A stretch of 64,000 bases of DNA from Eledone cirrhosa (Eukaryota), in contig OZ024742.1 in the NCBI GenBank assembly GCA_964016885.1, forward strand, positions 157,480,001 through 157,544,000, read 5' to 3'. The notes beneath the pieces were generated by a model, which was not told where the DNA came from, did not search any database, and was given only the letters and a program-made list of their open reading frames with translations. Made by a program: the position numbers and the translations under genes. Positions 54,407-64,000 of the stretch are shown piece by piece (positions within the stretch are counted from its first letter, which is position 1; every line of letters begins with the position of its first letter).

Positions 54407-56969
54407 AAGTTTAAGTTTAAGTTTAAGTTTAAGTTTAAGTCTGCTGGCTATTACACAGCGAAACGGAAATATGACAATTCGCATGGAAAAAATTGAATTA
54501 TTGCAAGATTCTTATTTTCATAATCTCTGAGCTTAAAATATTCAAATACAGTATAGTGAATACTACATTTCCGTAGAGATGACATCTCATTTGGCAAACA
54601 CTAAAATCACTAGTTCATCATAATACTGCTTCTTCTAGTTGCCTTTATATCGCTATTATAAATATTTTTGATCATCTAAATTAGCTCGTTTAATAATCGG
54701 GAAATAAAAGTATTTCGACATTAGTTGTGTCTGAAACCTGGAAATACGCACTTTTCTGAATCCTACGTACTACACAATATGCACAGCACTACAATGCTAT
54801 TCGTATCCACACCTGCATATACATATCTGTCGACGGAACCCCAAACGGTGTAGCTCTATAGATTGTTCTTATTATGTTTAGCTGGCCTACAAGCATGGTT
54901 ATGTTATAGCTTTCCGCTTTCCCAAAGTAGCCAATTTAAGTAAATATAGGCCAAGCTATTTGACATACAATTTAACTACTGAGGCATATTCTGAAGGAAA
55001 TCAGAAAGAAAGAATTCAGTTATGTGAAAATATACTGAATATAGAATAATAGCTTCATCAAAATAATCATATTCCTGTCAGATAATCTTTAGAATTATTG
55101 GTTCCTAACGTGGAAAATATATGTTTATTGAATTATAAATATTCCAACACTTATTACATTATCAAGATTTCGCAGAGGTCATTTATTCACAAAATATTCA
55201 CAACTAGCCAACGTGTGAGAAATTTAATCTATGTTTCAACACCAAAACACTAATTCTGTGAAATGTATTGTTTTGTTTTTTTATCAATAGAATCAATCTA
55301 CTAATAACCCAATTTTGCATTCATGCAAAATTTCATTTTGATATCAAGATATAGACCATTCAATTTATAGCATTACATACATATCCCGCCGAGCATAATG
55401 TCGCGTTTAACACACAGGCAATTGTTATAAACTAACAACTTATCTACAGTAAATATTGATTTTGATCTATTCAAAACAAGAAAAATCTCTGAATATTAAT
55501 GAAAGCGAGGGAAAATACCTAAAAATGTATTTTTATTAAATAATTAGACGGCAAACAATGTTGAATTTAAAAATACCTCGGTATTTGGTGAAGTCGCTGT
55601 CGAGGTCAACATTGTATTTCATCTTTTTGATGTCGATAAATAAAATAACCAAGATTTCTCCGACTCTCTGCCTCCCTCACCCTTCCCCTCTCTCTACTTC
55701 TCTAGCTAACTCTAGAAGAAAACAGCAGCAACGCGCCCTAAGGAGGAATGTACTTTGTAAGGTTTAACATGAACAAAATAAGCCTGTGTGCCAGCACGGT
55801 GCCCTAGAATTCCAGTTTTACACTAAATAAGGAAATATCATATAAGCATAATTCCCGGTAGGATTATAGATGATTTAATGAAATTTCCTATACCTTCTTT
55901 TTTAAAAATACATTGATAGAAAATAGAAATCTGTAGAAATGGGATTCCCAAAAGGCTATACCATTTGCAAATATAATATGCTGTCTATAAGTAGAAGCGT
56001 TGATGTTTTCCTCAACCCTATTTTATTAGTAACACTTTACATTTAATACAAATTAAATAGCAGATCCCTGTGACTGAGTGGATTAAATTTTACTTTAAAT
56101 TGAAAGGTTTTCTTTATATAATATTTAATTATTGACGAAAGATTACGAAAACTTTCCTGCTTTTTATATATTTGTGATTAATTACTTAAATTTTAGTCGA
56201 ATTTTTAATGAACTAAGTAATTAAGATTATATAATAATTGGCATAGATTATTAGTGACAAAACACAACTGTATGTTGCTAATTAGATTTTACTTTCTATT
56301 GTCTGTGCACCTCTATCAAATTTGCTAACTAATCACCGAATAAAAGAATGTTTAAAAATAAATAATCAAAATGACAAAACATCGATATTTTCAATATGTT
56401 TTCTAAATAAATGGTTAGTCTAATTATATCCAAGCACTTCCAGAACACGGTAATTACAATGTCCCAAATACATTCTAGGTCGACAATTCAAATTAATTAA
56501 TTTTTGTAAGTTTATTTGCAAGATTATGCAATATGTTATTCACGAAACTAGTTATTATATTTTAAGATTGACATCGATTTTTATTTATTTTACCTAATTT
56601 TCTGAAACACATTTGATATATTTGTATTTAGTATTTTAGTATATCTACAGGGAATCTAATTTATATACACATAGAAAGAGATTTATGATTTCCAGGAATT
56701 CTTCCAACATAGCTCTAATGATATTCCTAATATTACTCTATAATATACCTATTGCACGTCAACAACCATATACGCCAACACAACAAAATATGGCCTATGC
56801 ATATATATAAAGCCATCATGTCACAAATCACAACAAGCACTAAATTATCCTCATATCGCCAATCTGAAGAATAGATCGATAATAGACTCGGGTCCATAAT
56901 ACACAATAATTAACTAATTCATGAAAACGAAAGTTCATGGTTCCTTTAATATATATATATGTGTGTGTG

Positions 56970-57043
<74 letters not shown>

Positions 57044-57582
57044 AGTGTGTGTGTGTGTGTGTGTGTGGGTGTGTGGGTGTGTGTGTGTGTGTGTGTGCGC
57101 GTGTGTGTGTGTGCGTGTGTGTGGGTGTGTGTGTGCGTGTGCGTGTGTATATGTGTGTGTGTAATATTTCGGTTCATGGCCAAATGTATGATATTTTGTG
57201 GACGCGTCCTTTACTATATTCATTGTTTACCCTATGAGAAATTGAAATTTCACAGACGAGTACCCCATGGAATACCGTTGAATATGTATAGACACACAAC
57301 AATATATACACATGTAAGTAAGTATGTATGTATGTATACATGCATGTGCGTTCATCCGTGATTTTGTTTAATTATATGAGTGCGTGTGTGTGTGTGTGCG
57401 CGTGTATGCATGTATACAAATATACGATATTTTAGCCAAACGTGTTTATTTCCCTTGTGAAATGTACTAACCGTCGGTTCATGTCACTAGATGTTATCTT
57501 CATTGTGTGGGCAGCTATATCCACATTCAAATTAGATTCAATTGCCCATGCTCTGTCATAGTTTTTGATGATCGTTGCTGGG

Positions 57583-57639
<57 letters not shown>

Positions 57640-57653
57640 GTATACACACACAC

Positions 57654-57708
<55 letters not shown>

Positions 57709-58019
57709 AAATTGAAAAAGGTGAAGAATAATATGGTCAACAGTACAAAAAAGGGAATTTATTTACAGTCTAACAATTATTTCACTGATGAAGATGTCTA
57801 AAAATTGCTGAACACTAGAAGCAGTGCAACTCAATTTTCAATACGATATTAGCTCGATCAGATCTTCGGAAACTGTTATACAAAATACAAAATATATATA
57901 ACCGGCAAATTTACAAATTCAATAATTTACAAATTCAATAATAATATTAATAATAAAGATAAAGAGTGAAAAGAAGGAAGATAGGGAGATAGATACAGTA
58001 CAGAAAGAAAGGAAAGGAA

Positions 58020-58140
58020 AAAGAAGAAGAAGAAGAAGAAGAAGAAGAAGAAGAAGAAGAAGAAGAAGAAGAAGAAGAAGAAGAAGAAGAAGAAGAAGAA
58101 GAAGAAGAAGAAGAAGAAGAAGAAGAAGAAGAAGAAGAAA
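58020..58140 (+). repeat. (GAA)n microsatellite
   Basis: Read directly from the sequence. Confidence 0.95.
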
Positions 58141-58444
58141 TGATTACAGATAATAATATAAAGAGGAGAAAATATATATGTAGACTGCACACTTTGTTGT
58201 TGAAATGTGTTTTTAGGCCTCATATCATGTTACCTTATTTTATCTGATAGAACACATGTTTTGTCCCAGAACACATTTTTTGTCACATTTTTTTGTTTTC
58301 GAAATGCGCATAATAAAATACATGGAACTGCTTTAACCATCTTTTAATTTCTTCTTTAATATATACTACATTTCTGCCAACTGTTGAGTGCTACTTATCT
58401 GATATATGCATATTTCTATTGTTCTACAATATTACTCACCTTCT

Positions 58445-59284
<840 letters not shown>

Positions 59285-60200
59285 AAAGTTATATTTAAAA
59301 TTGTTGGGTTACAACTAGTAAATATTTATAACTGATATAAAAGCACTCGACAAATACTTGGAGTATATTTACAATATTAAATATTGTATATACATATATA
59401 TATATATAAGAGAGTATTGAAGTTTGCTTGAAGCATTGTGGAATAATAAGATATATTTTCTTTAGGTCGTTTGGAAGCCTCAACAACGCTGGTAGGTAAT
59501 TCTCTGGGTAACAAGATCCGGTGGTGGAGAGAGAGAGATGTAAGTGAATGTAGAATGAGATGTATAATGTGTAGAAGAACGTAGGATAAAATAAAAATAA
59601 TAACACGAGATAGAGTTACCTTGGGAGAGATTTCATTGTCCCTATATTTCGGATTCAAATCCATTAACTGGGGGGTTTTCCGGTGGGGGGGTGGGTTATA
59701 TGTCGGATAGAATCGATACGTGTCCTCTGCTGTTCGTTGTTTTGAATAACTGAGGTATTCAGCAGAGCGCGCGCGCAAAATGGGGTCGGTCAAGCAGAGG
59801 GCGGCGGCCGAAATAGTTCTTTTAATTGTGGGAGCGAGGTGGCGTAAGCTGTCAATCCATGGTATTATCTGCCTGTGCTGGTTTCTGTATTCGCAGTGTT
59901 GAATAGTGTATTCGTGTGATGATTGTATTCCCTGCCTATTTGGTGAATGCTACTGTGTGCGTGTGTGTGTGGGGGGGGGGGGCTGCGTGTGTTGTGGTCT
60001 CGCTTGTGTGTTTGTGCGTGCGTGTGTTGTTGCCTCGTTTGTTTAAACCAACTACCTCATTTCCCCTCTCTCGGATCGTTTATTTATTTGTGACCCTAGG
60101 AATTTGATCCAAAGATTTTCCTCGATTCGTAATGTGCCGATGTTTCGTTCCGTCGCTAGCACTGTGACAATGGGCCTTCCGTCTTTGTTTCTGCATTTGG

Positions 60201-61853
60201 TTATGTGTTTCCGGAAATGGTTATGTTTTTCAGCATTTGGTTATGTGTTTCCCTGGTGTTGATGTGCTCCTTGATCCGGATGTGTAGCGACCGGATTGTG
60301 CTACAAATATAGTAGTGGTTGCACTTGTTACATTCTACCTTATACACGACGTATGTGCGTAAGCAACACATCGTATGGCGCATCGGGCAGTTACTGAGGG
60401 AGGACGCGTCAGTCGATTTCCTGCGTTTCCTGGACAGGCATCTTCGCAGGGAGGGGCCCGAGTGGGCCAGGTGGATGTCGAGGCCCTTCCTCCGTATAGC
60501 CCTGTGGATAGCGTTGGTGGTATTCTCGCCCAGGCGTAGTATTTTAAGGAAGCACTTGCCTTGGGTGTTTCTCTGCCTCTTGCCTCTGGTGTCTCTTATT
60601 CTGTTTGTCAGTGAGGCCGGGTACCCGTTTGTCTCCAGCACTTTGAGGAATCGCTTGGTATGTGTGACACCACTCGCGGAGTCGCTGCATCTCTTCTTCT
60701 TTCGCGTGATCTCGTTCGTGATGTGCCCTCTTTTAGTACTGTTAGGGAGGGCGGACTGTTATCGAACGAACAGATCCCTGCAGGCTGCCTTGCGGTAGAA
60801 GTTGGTGTGGATCCCTCCCTGTTCCGTGATGTTCATTCGGAAGTCGAGGGGGGCAACCGACCCATCGTGGCTGGGGTGTTCAACACTGAAATCAATGTTC
60901 TCGTCCATGTTGTTGAACGTCTCATAGATTCTGTTCGCCATCTCCTGGGAAGATGTGAGGATGAGGATATCGTCCACGCACCTTGAGAAAAAGGCGACGG
61001 CGTTTGGGCGGCAGGTGTTGAGTGCATTGCGCTCGAGGCTGTCCATGTATGTATGAGATCGCTAGCACACCCGACAGGCTTGAGCCCATGGGCAGTCGGA
61101 TTTCTTGACCGAACATACCAACATACCTCGGGACTGCCAATGGGCTAAAGCCTGTCGGGTGTGCTAGCGATCTCATACATGGACAGCCTCGAGCGCAAGG
61201 CACTGAAACTCTGATAACCTCATCCTCACATCTTCCCAGGAGATTGCAAACAGAATCTATGAGACGTTCAACAACACAGACGGCAACATTGATTTCAGTG
61301 TTGAACACCCCATCGACGACGGGTCACTTGCCCTCCTCGACTTCCGAATGAACATCATGTAACAGGGAGGGATCCACACCAACTTCAACCGCAAGGCTAA
61401 TTGCAGGGACCTGTTTTTCCGATACAAGTCCACCCTCTCTAACAAAGGGTACATCACGAACGAGAACACGCGAATTAAAAACAGATGCAGCGATCCCGCG
61501 AGTGGTGTCACCCATACCAAGCGATTCCTCAAAGTGCTGGAGACGAACGGGTACGCTGCCTCACTGACAAACAGAATAAGAGACACCAGAGGCAAGAGGC
61601 AGAGAAACACCCAAGGCAAGTGCTTCCTTAAAATACTACACCTGGGCGAGAATACCACCAACGCTATCCACAGGGCTATACAGAGGAAGGGCCTCGACAT
61701 CCACCTGGCCCACTCGGGCCCCTCCCTGCGAAGATGCCTGTCCAGGAAACGCAGGAAATCGACTGACGCGTCCTCCCTCAGTAACTGCCCGATGCGCCAT
61801 ACGATGTGTTGCTTACGCACATACGTCGTGTATAAGGTAGAATGTAACAAGTG
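60201..61853. mobile_element. Penelope-like element family E (Penelope/Poseidon-like), head-to-head inverted pair, decayed
   Basis: Minus arm ~60201-61120 encodes LPMGSSLSGVLA, FSRCVDDILI, APLDF, FYRK, LETNGYP and VVYKVECNKC..YYICST.RSLHIRIKEH. Plus arm ~61140-61853 mirrors it. The 3' UTR probably extends left of 60201. Confidence 0.88.
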
Positions 61854-62458
61854 GATAACAACATTACCTATGATCTCACTTGGAGCTTACTGTCCAGAGC
61901 CAACTCTTACACGGGAGGACGCTGTCCGTGCAATTTATGCTCGGAGGAAACTTTACAAATTCTGTTTTAGACGGACCAACTCCTAAACAAGAAATATGAA
62001 CTAGTTACTGCATGTAAACACAGATTGCGTAGGACTTACCTCGCCCTCAAACCCCATAACGACCCGGGGAGGGGGGTATACTAGCGCTATAACACCGCAC
62101 TTGCCGATTTTGTAATGGGTAACCCCGGCTTGCAAAGGTAGACGTAAGATCTTTTATATCTTTTTATCGCTTCCTCTATATTTCCTTCTTCCCCCCATCC
62201 CTCCCTAGTCCTTCCACCCCAGTTCTCTTTTTATGGCGTCGTCTTTTTCTCGCCCACCCGAGGCATCCCCTCGGTCCTTTGTAGCCTCATTACCCCCACC
62301 CTCTTCCCCTATTCTATGATATATTTGGCCGACTCCGCTTTTTATAGCAGATGTGTTAGACCCCGGATACTTGCCCTCTTATCCGACCGCTGCCCCTTTT
62401 CCGTGCTTTCTTTATTTCTTAGCTGTATCTTTGCTTTAATTTCTCGTATATCAGTATT

Positions 62459-62489
<31 letters not shown>

Positions 62490-63307
62490 GATTCTGAATT
62501 AATTTTCCGTATCAAATTTTACATATACTTGGTACGAGCTTTTATGTAGCTTGCACTAGAACTTTTGTATCGTGGCGGCACCCTTAGAGATAGTATTAGT
62601 ATTCTTTTTCGGGACTCTGAATTATTATTTCGTGGTAGTTTCTTTAGTGTGTTGGCCCCTCACTTGTTGACCCGTCACCGTAAGATATACTCTGTTTATT
62701 ACTTATACCTCTTAAAAGGGTCTCATTATAATTCCGTCCCACCTAGCCTAGCAGTACCAGTGAGAGACTTAGGTCGTAGTAACCAGAAATTGTTTATTTA
62801 TTTTTTATTTTTTTTATTTTTTACATTTAATTGCTTTTTATCACTCTCGATTTTTTTTCTATATATTTACCCCATATTATTATACTTGTTGTTTCGTCTT
62901 CCCCCTCCTCCTCCCTAGTTTCTTCTTTGACCTCATGCCCAGCTGTAGTCGGCACTATCAACGCATGAATGGGTCTCCTCCACCCCCTCTCCCTCTTTCT
63001 CCTACTGGCAGGTTCAGCTACCCCTTACCTCCACAAATTGCCATCATAGAATTATTATGTCTCAACAACAAACTTTTGACCAATCCTTGTGACAATCACT
63101 TTTACCATATATGGAATTACCCCTTGAGAAGCTCGGCTATTCAAATACCAGGATAATAATGTTCATTTAGTCCAGAATTAGCCGTCGAAACGGCTTGAGC
63201 TCAGCCGTCGGGGTCCTACTCGTTCCTATTACCCACTCTACTACACTAAGTATTGAGTACTTTGGTGCGTTAAGGTCCACCTGGTTCTTTACCACATTTC
63301 CTCCGTT
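61853..63307 (+). mobile_element. Penelope-like element family B, copy 3 (EN end plus 3' UTR), fused to the family E arm
   Basis: Begins DNNITYDLTWSLLSRANSY and is collinear with 28557-30092. Confidence 0.92.
63119..63214 (+). ncRNA. Hammerhead motif with U3-A8 variant core (family B copy 3)
   Basis: ACCCC-TTGAGAA-GCTCGGCTA...TAGCCGTC-GAAA-CGGC..GCCG-TC-GGGGT. Confidence 0.7.
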
Positions 63308-63738
63308 ATAATATATATATATACATATATTTCTATATATATATATATATATATATTAGAGAGAGAGGTATTAAGAAATAGATTCGAAGTCACTGTGGCA
63401 GAATAAATACAAAATGTATTGAAATATTGCAATTGTTTCAATATCGATCAGCTGCGGGTAAAATGGTGAAATTATATTTTGTGATACAAGTTCAAAAATA
63501 ATTTCTACTGAAAAAATATCTGACTTGAAGTCATTTATTTCTAACTTTTTTTTAATATTTTGTCCAATGTATACCTGCTTCCACCTTTTAACGTGATCTT
63601 ATGAATCTATTTAAAGAGCATCACCCGCAAATATCACACTTAAATGTAGAAAGTTTCAACGGTATTTACACATATTCCTAGGAGTTACAGCAATGAGTGT
63701 GTAGTATATGAGTTAATATATGATATAGACATCAGTTC

Positions 63739-63854
<116 letters not shown>

Positions 63855-64000
63855 GCGTGTGTGTGTATGTGTGTGTGTGAGAAAAACCACAGACCCTCCA
63901 TCTCAACTCTACTTTTGAAAAGCAGAAGGACTGCGAAACGGGGAAAGGAACCAGATAAATATATATATATTTTTTTAAATAAGACTCCAGTGGCATTTTC

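Noticed and set aside
57781-57880. CTGATGAAGAT...ATCTTCGGAAAC hammerhead-like string
   Set aside because: No convincing stem III/UH or stem I partner.

Overview
AT-rich, microsatellite-dense eukaryotic DNA, probably intergenic or intronic. The tRNA-derived SINE and the repeat landscape suggest an octopus/cephalopod (inference). No host gene is convincingly identified, and most ORFs in the track are (TA)n/(CA)n artefacts. The window is dominated by Penelope-like retroelements (PLEs; RT plus C-terminal GIY-YIG) of at least six families, labelled A-F here. They mostly sit in (TA)n, often as head-to-head inverted pairs. Also present are a CRE/R2-type RLE non-LTR element, RTE fragments, a maT/DD37D-like Tc1/mariner and SINEs. 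The main hidden signal, read by eye, is about 22 type I hammerhead ribozyme (HHR) motifs from about 9 unrelated sequence families. They occur in PLE 3' ends/pseudo-LTRs and in non-coding retrozyme-like tandem arrays. They include a family with a compensatory U3-A8 core (UUGAGAA), families with a very long or C-A-closed stem II, and an array in which every core is mutated. All coordinates and folds were derived manually and no cleavage activity is demonstrated.
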